Below the pieces are notes generated by a model. That model had not been told where the DNA came from, made no database searches, and saw nothing but the letters and a program-made list of their open reading frames with translations. From the human T2T-CHM13v2.0 reference genome, Homo sapiens, in assembly GCF_009914755.1 (NCBI RefSeq), contig NC_060937.1: DNA of 64,000 bases, one strand, 5' to 3'. A program made the position numbers and the translations under genes. This document shows, in pieces, positions 13,249 to 27,290 of the stretch; position 1 is the first letter of the stretch; each line of letters begins with the position of its first letter.

Positions 13249-15013
13249 GTAACATCAAACTTACTTCATATAACTGTGTTCTAGTAAAAATTTTATTTAA
13301 TATATGAGTTTGAACCATTGAATCGATGCAAAGCTTTGTACATGCTTTTTTGTCTCAACCTTTCTTGAGAAATAATATTGAATAAATTATATAAACTTTA
13401 ACTTGCTCTATTGCAGTGAAAGTAAAATGACTATGCAATATGTTCAATTCTGAGGAAAAAGGGAAATAATTTAAGATTTTGAAGTAAGTGTGAAATTTCA
13501 GACTTGAAAAAAAATTTTAATCCGCTTGATTCTCCAAGAGCAGAAATTGCTGAGGCTGTAAGTGAATCTTCTCTTAGGCTTCATAGAGTAGAATTTTGGA
13601 GCTGATGGTTTTCTTATCCCAGGCTCTGAAGAAAAGACCTGCTGATTATTGATTATCATTCTCTGTAGCTGTATTTTCCATATGTGGATAAAAAAATCAA
13701 CATTGGAAATACTATAGTTATTGTTATCACTAATCGTTATCATTAATAATAGCAGCGTTTGTGTGTTGCTTTACAGTTTGTTAACTATTTGCATTTCATT
13801 TTTGCCTTCAGTTTGCTTTGAGCCCAATAGGCAATTCAATTACATATAGTTTGCTATTTTTTCTCTCTCCAACCTCGGACCCAGCCTCAGCCTCAGGCAG
13901 ATGGCTGGGGGCTTTTAAAGACTTTGCTTTTAGGAACATAAACTGATTTCTTAGGCAGACAGGAGGCCATCCACTCAGAATATGGAGTAGCCATATAAAT
14001 TGAGGAGTTTATCCTCACTGTGATAAACAGAAATTGATAGAAGTTTATTTCTTATGATTTCTTCTTTCTTAATGCCCCAGGGATAAGGTAATTTTAAAAA
14101 TACATGCGATACTGTTTTGAGTATATGAAGAGTTATATTTCAGTATAATTCTACTCAGTGATAGGAATTAGTTACTGAGATTGACAAAGACTTTTTTCCC
14201 TTTCCTTTTCTCTCTCCATCCTTCCTTCCTTTTTTTTCCTTTCTTCCTTTCTTTCCCTCTTTTTTCAGCTTGGTGGGATTCAGAGGTGGGGGATAGCGGT
14301 AGACTTCTCATCTTATTTGAGGAAAAGGAGAGCATTATTTAAAACATCTTTAAGTCAGAGCTATATCAATACAAGGAAGCTTACAAATTTATTTTTTAAA
14401 GAGTGTAAATTTTATATGATGGACTGTCTTTGTGATCTATTCTGCTTTCAGCAATGTTATAATCTGTCTATTGTGTGTGTACATTTTAATATTGCATATA
14501 CATTTCTTGGCTTTGAATATATATGTGAACGCACTTACATACCTTTTCTAATGATTTGATTCTGTCATGGGCTAGTAAGATTTCCCATGTGTGAATCAAA
14601 ACTCTCATGGCAAGCTTCAGATGATAAATTATTTGTGTCGGTGCTAGAAAGCACTTCATCAGTGCTTTAGGTCATTAGGTTATGACCTAACTCCCTGTGG
14701 TTTTTAAAACTCATCAATGTGTTTTTGGCTTACAGTGATATAAAATAAAATGGAAATGCCCTTAACCAATTATTGTGAGTAAAGATTGGTAATTAAGATT
14801 TCCTTTTAAAGTGGAGAAAAGGAAACTAAATTACCATAAAAATCCAGAGCAAAATTTATCATAATTTCTCAAGATGCCCCTGGCAGTAATGTACAATTTA
14901 TAATTCCCGAGAAGGTTCAAATACAGGCAGTGAATGATCTTTATCTGGCAGTGTCCCATTTAACTATGTTTAGTATCACTTAGCGTATTTCTGGAATTAT
15001 GTTTAAGGCTTGA

Positions 15014-15349
<336 letters not shown>

Positions 15350-15364
15350 TGATTTTCAAATTTG

Positions 15365-15367
<3 letters not shown>

Positions 15368-15408
<41 letters not shown>
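15368..15408. repeat. (TG)20 microsatellite
   Basis: Perfect dinucleotide run. Confidence 0.97.
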
Positions 15409-15410
<2 letters not shown>

Positions 15411-16529
15411 ACATATATATCCTAATGAATAATCCAATAGCATTTTACTGGTGACTAGAGTTTAAATTTACTTCTACTAGACAAAAAGTGTGTTAACAGT
15501 TGAACTTCTTTAATGATAATGTTAAAGTAAGTAAAGAATATTTAGTGACAAATCAGAAATTCCTATTGCAAGGCAACTGGCATTTTCCTGTATACTCAAA
15601 ACAACATGTTTTCATCTCACAGAGTACAGGAAATGTTTTTACCTTAGGAATATGACACTAAATTGAGGGACCAGATGACTTCCCCACCCCACCTTAGATA
15701 TTTATACTTCCTTCCCTACCTAGGAGGGTTGATGACTTGAGTGTATGTGTGGCACAGTACAATTGATGATTTACACTGAAAAGGTAATTATATCACAAGA
15801 CTTCTTGCAGAAATTCTCCATCTATAATTAGACATTTTAAAAGACATTTTTAAAGACCTAAAAAAAGAGGACCTATATCATTACTTTTTCTTGTTGCATC
15901 AAGCTTAATATTTGAGTAATAAAATATTCAGTGATTTCCTAGTAGTCAGTGTAGTTACTTCCCTCTAATTTGCAAGCTTTTTCTACTTCTCCATCTATAA
16001 CTTATCTACACACACACACAAGCCACAGAGATCTTAAGTTCTGCATTTTATAAGCTAAATATCTAACTGACAATGATAAATCATCCTGTAGATATTGAAA
16101 AGTCACAGCTGTGTTCTTAAGCCTAAAATTTTTTGTCCTATGTAATAGAATCACAGTTTGAAACTATAAACCATAGTCAGGGTCAGCAGTTTGTATAATT
16201 TTTTCACATTCATATAGATGGAATACAGTAGCTAAGCAGATTTAGTTAAATTATTACATGTAAAGTAAGAAAATGGGATGGAAATAATAATAAATGATTT
16301 TCTTTAGAAGTCCCCATAAACGCAGTCCCAGGCATTTGCTCCAGGGTGGGTCATGGTTCATGACACACTTCTCTTTGCTTCTGCAGCTGGAACCACTGTG
16401 TGGTTTCTCTAATATCCAGGAAACATGTCTATGCAGGTTGTGGCAGTATACTACCTAAATTCACTGAATAAATAGTAAAGGTTAGTGGGTGAGACTATCC
16501 CTCCACGACATTTAAAAAAATTTGTTATG

Positions 16530-16652
16530 ATTTTTTAAGACAGGGTCTCACTGTGTTACTCAAGCTGGTCTCGAACTCCTAGGCTCAAGACACCCTCCTG
16601 CCTTTGCCTCCGAAAATGTTGGGATTACGGACATGAGCCACTGTGCCCAACC
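16530..16652 (-). mobile_element. FLAM-like Alu monomer
   Basis: AGACAGGGTCTCACTGTGTTACTCAAGCTGGTCTCGAACTCCT...GAGCCACTGTGCCC. Confidence 0.85.
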
Positions 16653-19600
16653 CTTGGTGGTATTTTAAGCCCACTTTTTACAGTAGTGTAGAAGACAGTA
16701 GTTCTGTTGTGGCTGATTCATAAATGCAGCATTTTCACATTGGCTACATTCAGAATTATAAGCAGCATTAGGTACCATCCCACATCCCTTTGTGCTGTTG
16801 ATGCTTAGTGGTCAGACTTTGTAGCTGTCTTCGACCTCTAGTGCAAGCATCAACTTGGTCTTGAAGACAGGCCTTAGTGGGCTTCCAAATTCTTTGGGAT
16901 ATATTTTCTGCGTCACCTAAGAATCTGACTCCAATTAGGCCTTGACCCCATGAGGCTTTTAATGGACACATTGGGGCTTCCTTTGACTTTTCTGAGTGCT
17001 CTTGGAGATTCCTGACCTCTAACCTCTATGTAGCAGATTGGCTACATGTTCCTGGTAGGTACAGTTCATGGTTGACTATTGGAGGTTTTCAAATGGATCC
17101 AAATTTAGGGATATTTTAGGGCTCTTATTAGTATTCTCTCAGGTTGAGAGAAATCTAATTTATGAAGCATCAAAAAATTAGGAAATAGATATTTATTTGG
17201 TTCACCAGGGAAATTTTTCTACTTAATTTTAAATAGGTAACTTTGATCTCAAACTTCTGTAAGGCATGAGATCCTTAGTTTAACAGACTTGCCTTCTTTA
17301 GATGAGGGGAGTTAGAATAGAAATGTACTCTGTTGTCTAAATGTTCAGTCCTTCATCTTCCTTACTGTTTCCAGAGAAAAGATAGAGAAGAAGATTAAAG
17401 GCAGCAACTCAGCTGACAGTGGTAGCCTCCTTTCAGCTTAGGGCTCCTTCCTGCCTATCTGGGCAGCTCAGAGTGCTGGAGGAAGGAGAAAGTTTTCATT
17501 CCACATGCAAAAGGGCAGGTCACTTGGCATCCTTGAGCTTCTGCATCAGCCAAAGGGAGTTACAAATAAAACCCTAAAGTACATTCAGATGCTAATGATG
17601 ATTGTGTCAATGTAAGTGGAATTATGGCTGAGTTTTCCTTATCTTTTGTAATTTTCATATTCGCATTTTTTGTGTTAAAGGTTTTATATATGAAAGTCAT
17701 AATAGCGTTCCCACTTTACACCTCTTGTGAGGGTTTAGGAAATTACACATACCACTGATTGAAGTTTTTGTTTTTGAAAGACAATCTATAAATTGAAGCT
17801 ACTGTTTTTTTGTTTTAATCTTAAGAATAAGAGAAATGGGTCCCTTATCTTCTCTGAGCCTTATACCTATTTTTCTTCCCCAAGTCAATGACTTTAGTGT
17901 TAATTTAAATCATAACTAACACTTTGTGGAAGGATGAGATTCTTATTACAAGATTTATTTTAATTTTCCATTTATATTGGTTAATTCTAAGGGTGAAAGA
18001 CAGGTTCATTGTTTTACTAACATCAATTTTAAAATTCATAATTTATTGAAAACAGCCAGTCTATCTCTTTTCTAGCTATAAAGAATGCAACTAATTTCCA
18101 AGCTATTCCTAGCTTTCTCTAAGTTCATAAAATTGGCAATTAGTTGTCATATATTTGGAGAAGACTGGAAATCCTTCCCCACCTCTCTCCTCTCCCTGCC
18201 AAATTATACCTCATCGCTGAATTATGGCTTTAAATATTGCAGAATGACCATGAACATTCTTATATTATGATATTTTAGATTAAAAAATACTTTGTAAGCA
18301 TATTGACTTTTTATATTAAGATTATATTTAAGTAAAGTAAATATATTCCAAAGTTTTAAATAAAACTTCTGCCTAGATATGTTTAGCTCTTAGAATTTAG
18401 ACTGTAGTACACCCTGAACTGCTGGATCTGTCTACTTTTCTCTTTGTATCCATAGTATTTGGGGAACCTGGTCCAGTAGTAATCTCGGTCACACACTCTG
18501 GTTGTGTGCAACCTAAGTGAATTTCTTAACCTCTGGTGATTGTGATTTTTGTTCACTATAATGGGCATTAGCATCCGCACTTGCCTCTGGGGACTCTTAG
18601 TGAATTAACTGTGTTTTACAAATGGCTTGCAGTGATTACAAATGCTTTGTAAATACATGGTGAAATTTTGCCTCTTTAAATTTCCTTACTTTTTAGCATT
18701 TTCCAATTTTAATTTTCATAAAGAAATAAAGTATAATCTCTACGTCCCTCTCAGTAAGGCTAAATTTTGGAAAGCACAAAGGGCAGAACCTCCCAGGTCA
18801 GAAATTAGGAATTTTAGCCCTGGTTTGCTTCATGGCCCCATTTCAAGGGCTGAAATGACTGTTGGCTATGTGACATAGGGTTGAATCAGAGAGCAGTTCT
18901 CAGATGGCCACAGCAGCTCACACTCCACACAATCATCATGGTGCTTCACATTTTTGCCTACTAGACAGTCTTAGATCCATTCCTTTTTCTTTAGAGATTA
19001 TGATTTAATTTAAATTAACCACTATAGGCTGTGACTCTAGGTCTCACCCACTTTAATTAAGCCCAGAGTCTGTGGCATCGTGAAATTGTTTCCTGGATGA
19101 GAAGAATGGTCTGTGTTGCCTGCCCCCATGAGGAGTGTACTACTGAAAACTGCCAAGTTGATCTGACTCTAGTTCTCTGATGGTGCTGCCAGAGAGCAGA
19201 CCAGACATGTTCCTTAGGGTTCTGCGAAATGTATTGAAATACTTGGTGAAGATAGAATCATCTGCTTTTAACATGAAAATACTAGTTTTGTGAAAATCAC
19301 ATTTCAGTTTGCATATCAGCCTTCTGTCTTATGACTGCTTTGCTCGGATTTCCCTGGTCAAGCACAACATTGCAATAGAAAATTCTTATTGCAATAGAAA
19401 ACTTTTCTTAGATGTTTCCTCATCTATTAATCCATGAGCAGCATCAGTCTCCCAGTGAAATCCAATTTATGTGTAGCTGTTTTAATTCTTGGGAGAACCC
19501 TAACAGTGGTAGCTTGATTTCTCCAGATCCACTGAGAAAAGATACAACATCTGAATACATATAACATGATTTATTCATCTTAAAAATATTTTGTTAAGAG

Positions 19601-20894
19601 TATCTCTAACTTCATTAATAAAATAAAATTAGAATGTTTTTAATCTTATTCAACCAACCTAATTTTGTAGTATTCCTACTTAACTGAGGGTATCGAGCTA
19701 ACTTCAGAGGACACAAGTGAGGCAAAACTTCTAACTTAGAAACATCTTTCAGTCACTCCATGATGTGCAGCTGCTTAGCAGTGAGGCCAAAATAAAGGAC
19801 AAAATTGTAGCAAAGTATGTAAAATATACATAACATATATCTTAAATGCCTCACCTAATTTGTAAATAAAACTGCATTTATGAAATAGATCACACGTATT
19901 TTCAATCTTTGTTTAATTTGGAAACAGAACCACAGCTTTTATTTCTTGCTAATATATCAATTATAATTCCTGTTAATTTTAAACTGTGGTCATTTCCGGT
20001 TCAGGAATTCAGCATGTGAGACAATTGTTTGCTTTCTGACAGCAATAGGCTGCTGAAAGTCAACGCAGAAAACTGAGCCTCTTAGTTTGCAGTTAGCTGA
20101 GAAATAGGTGTTCTGCTTCCTTACATGGTGACTGTTGAGTAGATAAAACACAGAGGTCTACCCCCCCTGCCCCAATATACCTGTTTAGTAGTGAAGCAAT
20201 TTACATAGTAACTCCATGTGGGGGTGTACTTTTACTCTCTACTCTCACTACACATCCAAGAAGCCTCCCCTAGACTTTTGGTTAATGTGTTGTTGCAAAA
20301 ATATGAAATGTAATGTACTTTCTGACACATGTAGGGACATACTTAGAACTAGCATTGCCCAGAGTTTATCAAGCGTAAAATGAAAAAAAAAATTAAATGT
20401 GTGTGTTAACTTTCAGAGAGAACTACTTTATATCCAAGTCTACATAGACCAGGGTAAAAAATGCACTAAGAGAATGGAGAGTGGGGATAGGGATTCCATT
20501 TTAAACTTTATAGTTTTTCATTTAGTAAGGTTAAGTTGAAATGTCCCACGTGAAAATCTTATTTTTATGCCACTGATGAGCACATGATACCTTGAATATT
20601 AAAACTGTGTGAAAGGCAGAATGATGTGTAAATTGCAGAACATGCCGTTCCTCCATGGCGAGATTGTGAGTGAAGGATTTCTTTGACCCATTGGCACAAA
20701 ATAGGTATTCTATTCTACTATTATGATGGATTAAAAAATCTTTGATGATGAAAGGGTCTTACCTGCTTGAAATAAGGGGTTACTCCTGCCATTTGCTAGT
20801 AACCAAAAATGTGTGCTTCTTTCTAGCTGTTCCTCCGTGTATTTTTAATTGTATGCACTGTCTCTTTCTGTTCTAATGGCTGCCCTCGGAATAG

Positions 20895-21101
20895 GCTGAC
20901 CTCTGCTCTCCGTGTGACATCCTGCAGTTGGATTTTCGTCACATTCGAAAGACTGTTGACACTCTGCTGGCACTCGGGGAGAAAGCCCCACCACCAACTT
21001 CTGCCCTCCGCTCCAGGGACCTTATAGGCTTCTGTCTTGTCCATATTCTCTTTATAGTGCTGGTCTATATCACTTACCACTGGAATGCTCTGTCCGCATA
21101 A
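20895..21101 (+). CDS. LRCH1: LRCH1 proximal terminal exon, coding part (CH end plus C-terminal hydrophobic segment)
   Basis: aatag|GCT acceptor, phase 0; ADLCSPCDILQLDFRHIRKTVDTLLALGEKAPPPTSALRSRDLIGFCLVHILFIVLVYITYHWNALSA then TAA at 21099-21101. Confidence 0.96.
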   Translation, partial: ADLCSPCDILQLDFRHIRKTVDTLLALGEKAPPPTSALRSRDLIGFCLVHILFIVLVYITYHWNALSA

Positions 21102-22850
21102 CGTCTGCACGTGCATCCAAACGCTGTGCTCTGTCGCCCTCAACCTTTGCAGGGTCCTTCCTACCTTTGAGCCTTTGCCTTGCAAACTTCCATCCCTGTC
21201 ATGTCTTCAGTTATCTCTCGAGTTTTGAAGCTGAACAGTAGCAAATCAGATTTTCCAGAAGCACAAACTTTGTAGAATACAGTTTAGTATAATTCCTCTC
21301 ACTTACTGAAATACAACGACGACGACTGCAAAGTGTATGCACACCGCATGCTTCCTCATCCACATAGTGCCAGCAGCAGTGCCACGCAGTTCCTCCTCTC
21401 CCTCCCGGTGAGCTGCTGCCCTGGGCAGAGGGGAGGAGAATTCCAGGACAAGAGTGTCAAGGACAGGGATTTAGCATATGGAAGTCTTTCCTTTGGGTCA
21501 GTATTGAACTAGAATTCTAATTCGGGACTGGGCAATTGAGCTGTATAGGGGCCACCTTGCAGGGAGGACAGAAAACTAACATTTTGGCCCAACTTGATCT
21601 ATACAAAACTTTAATAATACCACTACTGACCAAGTTGGACGTGTACACGTACTCACACTGCCTTGATGGCCATTCGATTGGATTCCTCCCAAATTTCCTA
21701 AAAAGGGAGCCGCGAAGGGCGCTGGGCAGTGTGGCCGCCAACTTCCACCCCGGCAAGCCCCTCTGTCCTATGCAGAAGGGCGCTCCAGGGAAGGAAGTGT
21801 CGTTGCTGTTAGAGCCTCACGTGGAGGAGTCACTTAAACACCAGTTTTTTACTGCTTAATTCCTTGTTAGGTCTTCTCTTGAGGCTCTTAGAAAAGCGTT
21901 TTCCAGAGAGATTTCTATTTTTGAACAATGGAACGGATCACTGCTTTTTTGCCACATCACATAGTAACTGCCGGTCCAGAATGTGACGGATTCGACTCTA
22001 TTCATTTTCAAATAAAGCCATGAGCCGTGGAACATTCTTGGTCCTGGTGCTTGGGTTATGATGGCAGGAGTCAAGAAGAAGATTACTTTCATTCTAGAAG
22101 AATGTAGTTTCTCTAATTATTTGAAATGTTCATTTAGCCTTTGATTTTCACTGATATTAACTAGCAAACTGCTTTAAGTCAGCTCAAAGGATTATATAGT
22201 AACTATATCTGCATTTGGAGCAATGTGATCAGTTTGCATTTAAAAGGAAAAAAAAGAATTTTATCTTAGCCAGAATGTCCCTGGATTCAGGGGTGTCTTT
22301 GTATAATATGAGAGGGCCTTGTTCCAAGGTCAAGGCAGCCTCCTTATTTTACATGCTGTTTGCCAAATCTTGTTTCTTAGCTTGGGGAGATGATGGACTT
22401 AGCTTCCTCAAGATAAATTTCTAGTTTATTAAGATGCAAACAGCTCTCATAGATGGCTACTACGAAGAAAATCTTATTTTTCTGAACATTTTCATGAATC
22501 CAGGGGACTTGAAAATATGGAAGACCCACATAGTTAGAAGAATATATTTATAAAGATTCCTTGCTGCTAAGTCAGATCAGATTTGCTAACAGGAAGCATT
22601 CTTTACATGACAGTATCTTGAGTTATGTGAGTTTTTTTTCCTCCTGACTTTGTGTTGATTGGTGAAATGCAGGGTATGTGGAAGTTATCTAATTAACCTC
22701 AGTTGTATATGAATAACCCACAGATGTACTGAATTACTTTTGGTGCTATCTTGTACTCTTCAATCTGTAACACAATAAAATCCCTTTGTACGATGTCTAA
22801 TGAGCACCCTGAGCCATAAATTGCTTAATAAACACATTTTGGGTGATTAT
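21102..22850 (+). other. LRCH1: 3' UTR of the proximal LRCH1 isoform (end approximate)
   Basis: Repeat-free sequence after the stop codon, ending at tandem AATAAA signals. Confidence 0.8.
22774..22832 (+). terminator. Tandem poly(A) signals of the proximal LRCH1 isoform
   Basis: AATAAA at 22774-22779 and 22827-22832 with several TGTA (CFIm-type) motifs upstream; further AATAAA at 22011 and 23033. Confidence 0.75.
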
Positions 22851-24338
22851 TCCAAGTTTTTATCAGCCCATTGATACATGTATTCATGAGCTCTCAGCAT
22901 TCCCATCCAGCTCTGCAGTGCATTGAGGCTTCTCTTTAATGGTCACCACTGTGGTGGTTTTTCCCTTCTTTCTGGGGAGAAAATGGGAAAAAAAAAAGAA
23001 AACTTACTGGGTTCCCACCTTAAAATAATATCAATAAAAACTGAGTAGGACACTCATGTAAGAGTAGATTTAATTTTCAGTGTTGATATAGTTCAATTAA
23101 AACATGTTAAAGACAAATTAAAAGACATTTATATTTTAATTCTGGCATCCAAAGTATTCTTTGGACGCACTTTGATTTTTTTTGTGTCATTAATTTGTCT
23201 GTACTCTGCTGCGCTGCACTTCTTGGGATTTATTGGATGATGTTTTTTCATTAGTAGTATGGTAACTAGCAGAACACAATTAATTTAGTCCTTTAGGCAA
23301 AAATTTGAATGAACTGTTCTGTCCATTGCCAACCCATTAATTTCTAATCAGAATATTAAGCTTCTCTGTGGTTTTTCTCCAAGGTACCCGTGCACCAGCC
23401 CATATGCTAACTGGATGCCTGCGGATGCCTGCCCTTGCAGCTTGACTGGGGATACCTGGCTGACCTCCTTAGAGTCTGAGAAGTAGTCAGGGATGTCACT
23501 GAGTGGTTTATTGTGCTGACCAAATCTCCTCCTCACAAGAAAGACCATTTTTTCAGTACTCCCTTCCAATGTTAGATAAAAGGAGCCAAGTATCTATTTA
23601 CATTTTATTTTGAAATAGCCATTTGTATTCTCTTTCTCCAGTTTCTCCAACTGGTGGCAACTCTCCACTCAGTGTCAGGAATTCCAAAATTTGTGACACC
23701 TAATTTCTAATCATCTTTCCTATTTATGGATTTCTGGTTTGTTATTTTTAGGGAGAGACACTTATGAAATGGGGCTGGTGGAAAGGGGCCCCGCAGAACT
23801 ACAATGTATGATAATCGAGTATAAATTTCATCAATGAGAGTAGATAAATAAAGGCACTTGATAGCCTGCTGCTATTTGTTTGTAAGAAATTAAAACTAGC
23901 GCGTGGTGAGCTGGGTTATCTCTCGAAAACTCATGTAGATGCCTGATTGAGTCATAAGGACAAAAGGGTGTTTTGCCTTTGCCTGTGGGGAAAAAGTAGG
24001 GATGATATTTTAAAATTTTAAGAAACTGAAAGTTGTTTTGGATTAGGTGAAAAATACTTTAATATGATTTTATTTCAGGAGACTTGATTTTTAAAAATTA
24101 GGCTTCGTATTTCAAAATTAGTTCTCAATAAACAATCAATTTGGTATATAGAATGTGCCCTTTTTTTCTTCTTTAAGATGGTCAGAGTCTAGTTGCCTGG
24201 CTTTTCACTGTGACTTTGTTCATTTTTGTGTTCATTCCTTCATTCCATAAATATTGAATGAGCAATCTCTGCAAGGCCCTGGGGATAAAAAAGTCACTGG
24301 GACACATGGCCTGGTCCTCAAAAAGCTTACAGTCTATA

Positions 24339-24559
24339 GCAGGAGTCTGCAAGCTTGTTTCATAAAGGGCCTAAAGGAAACATTTTAGGCTTCTTGGGCC
24401 ATGCAGATTCTGTTGGGATTACCCAGTTCTGCTTGTGTACCATAAATGCAGCCTTAGACAATACATCAAACATAGGTGTGGCTGTGTGCCAATAAAACTT
24501 TATTTACAAAAACTGGCTGCGGGCTGGATTAGCCTGTAGGCCATAGTTTGCCACCCTTG
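24339..24559. mobile_element. MER58-like hAT DNA transposon relic
   Basis: GGCTGTGTGCCAATAAAACTTTATTTACAAAAACTGG...GGCCATAGTTTGCCACCCTTG is typical of MER58. Confidence 0.75.
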
Positions 24560-25339
24560 ATCTAGTAGGTCCTTAGACAAGTAAAGAGGAATTCAAGTGA
24601 TAAGGACCTGTGGTGGAACGGGTACAGGATTCTGGAAAAGAGACCTGACCCTGATGGGGAATAGGGGACCGTGAACGCATCCTGGGATGGTGGTGTTTCC
24701 ACTGAGACTTAGCAAACGTTCAGGAATAGCCAGGTGGAGTGGGGAGGGGAGAGGGACTAGGGTTGAGGCATATGTGTGTGTAGAGAATGAAGTGTTCTAG
24801 GGAGAGGATGGACTAGAAGGTAGCATGGTTGCAAAGTAAATAATCCAGGGAGGAGCAACAAGAAATCTCTGTAAGATGTTGAATGGTCTCCATTTCACAT
24901 TGAAGAAACTGATGCAGGAACTTAAAGCTCTCGTACATCAAAATAACACACAGATAGTTTTAAAGCTCAAACAGTGTAGTGCCAGGACTTTATATATAAG
25001 AAGCAGCCTGAACAAAATGAAATATGCTGGTGGGATGATGCCATTTTAGGCTAGTGGCTGGCTTAGAAGTGTGGGTCTCTTTGGGAGCATAAGAAACTGT
25101 AGAAGGAGGAGAGTCAGGCAGTGACGGCTCATCCTGTTCCCAGCAGGTGTTTCCTGCCAGGACAAGATGAGCTGAGTGGCAGAGCTAACCCTGACACTGA
25201 GTTGAGGGTTCGCTGGTCCCATCTGACATTGAAATTGATGGGACTAGCCATCAAAAAACTCCAGGGGCCACGGGACCTCTTCCTATATCATGACCGCAGA
25301 CCTAACATATTTAACCATTAAGTAAGAGATTTATGGGAG

Positions 25340-25560
25340 GAGGCATAGTATTGTGGAAAGAGCCCTGGCTCTAAGACACATGTAGTTCAAACCCTGGTTC
25401 CAGGACTTACCAGCTGTTTAGTGTCACAAAGTTACTTGAACTCTCTCTCTATATTAGTTTTCTCATCTGTGAAATGGAGATATTAATGTCTGTCTTGCAG
25501 GGTTATCATAAAGAAATCACCAATACAAACCTGTAGTGTTGGTGCCAGGCACATAGGAGG
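25340..25560 (+). mobile_element. MIR relic
   Basis: AAGTTACTTGAACTCTCT...AGTTTTCTCATCTGTGAAATGGAGATA core. Confidence 0.7.
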
Positions 25561-26992
25561 TAGCCCAGAAGTTTTTCAAAGCTAGCATTTAGTCTTTATG
25601 GCTTGCCGTCTTTTCCAATGTCGTTTGCTGTGGCTCAGAAGGGTGGATGAGGGGATATGGGTGAACCTAACAGATTCTACCATTGGAGAAGTAACTTGAA
25701 GCATGAGTTCTTCAAAGGCGGTCAGAAGCATTATTTTTATGCAGGAGACTACTTCATGACTCCGCTCCGTACTTTAAAAAGAAACACAACAAAAAAAGCC
25801 CATGGGCAAACTAAGAGTCTACTGTCACGTTCTCAACAAAAATCTCCGGGATCCTATAACAGTGCAACTTAAATTCATTTCAAGTCAATATAAAGGTACA
25901 GCTGTCTCTGCTGTAAGTCCATTATGAACAAGGGGCCTGCTGGAAGGGCCACTTTACCTGCCTGATCCTTAGAGGGCCCTTCTCTTCTGAGTCATTCCTC
26001 ATCCAGCTGTAAACCTACCATGATTCATTCCTAAGTCCAGCTTCTGTGCACACTTCAAGGATCCCCCCACTCTGTGGGAGATGCAGTGTCCTGACTGGTG
26101 TGATGGCAAATGGCCCTGACCCCTTCTTGGGACGCCTCCTGGTTGGAAGCCTCCCCTTGGCCATCCTTCCAACCAGCACCTCAAGGTGTAATTCCCACCA
26201 GAGTCTTCATTCCAATCCTGTGATAGAATAACCAGAATGGCCATGCTTGTATAAGGTTTCTGTTTTCCTGTGTGAGTCTTCTTACATCCCTCCAACCTCA
26301 GCAAAGTAATCTGAGGGCACCTCTGGGCTTCCTCAGGGGGTCTGAAAAGAGGCAGGAAGAATTTGAGGGGTATCTTTTTATGTCTTCTGTTTACTCCTCA
26401 TCACTAGCCATACAAGCAGGAGGGAGGATCTCGGACTCTGCACCTGGCTTGGAATGTGGAGACCAGGAAGGCGAGGAATGCTGCTTGAAAAAACAAGGGC
26501 CTGGGAAAGAGGGTGCCCTTCACCTAACTCAGTCTGTGAAGTGTCCAAATGTCCTGTTGGCAGGAGGCTGAGGCCTCGATACCTTCCCATCCCCGTTTCT
26601 GTGAAGCCCCCAGCCTTTCCCTCGCATGCCCTTCAGCTTAGAACCCTGCAGGCCACTGGAGCCACTGCTCATCAGGCCCTGGGGTCAGTCCTTCATTGGA
26701 GGACACATGCCACTCTCCTTTCAGGACACAGGATAGGACACCTTGCTCCATATAAGCTGTGTCGTTCACAGAGATTAGGCTCTATGGGAATACTCGTGCT
26801 AGAATTCAGGCACATTCTAGACTACACATAACTAAACACTGAGGTTGAAAAGCAAAATGTCGTGCTGCACTGCCTTAGGCAAATCCCTCATTCAAAAATT
26901 GCTGTTCACATTCCTTGCCCAGTGTTCTGTTGATTTGTTAGTGTTTTTCCTACTGATTTGTTGAGCTTATGTGTCATATAAAATGCTTTGTA

Positions 26993-27290
<298 letters not shown>

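Noticed and set aside
20823-21185. 120-aa antisense ORF over the LRCH1 proximal exon
   Set aside because: Shadow of the coding strand; no recognisable protein and no promoter or splice support.
25999-26831. Cluster of overlapping 60-125 aa ORFs
   Set aside because: GC-richer intronic DNA with fewer stops; no recognisable domain or exon structure.
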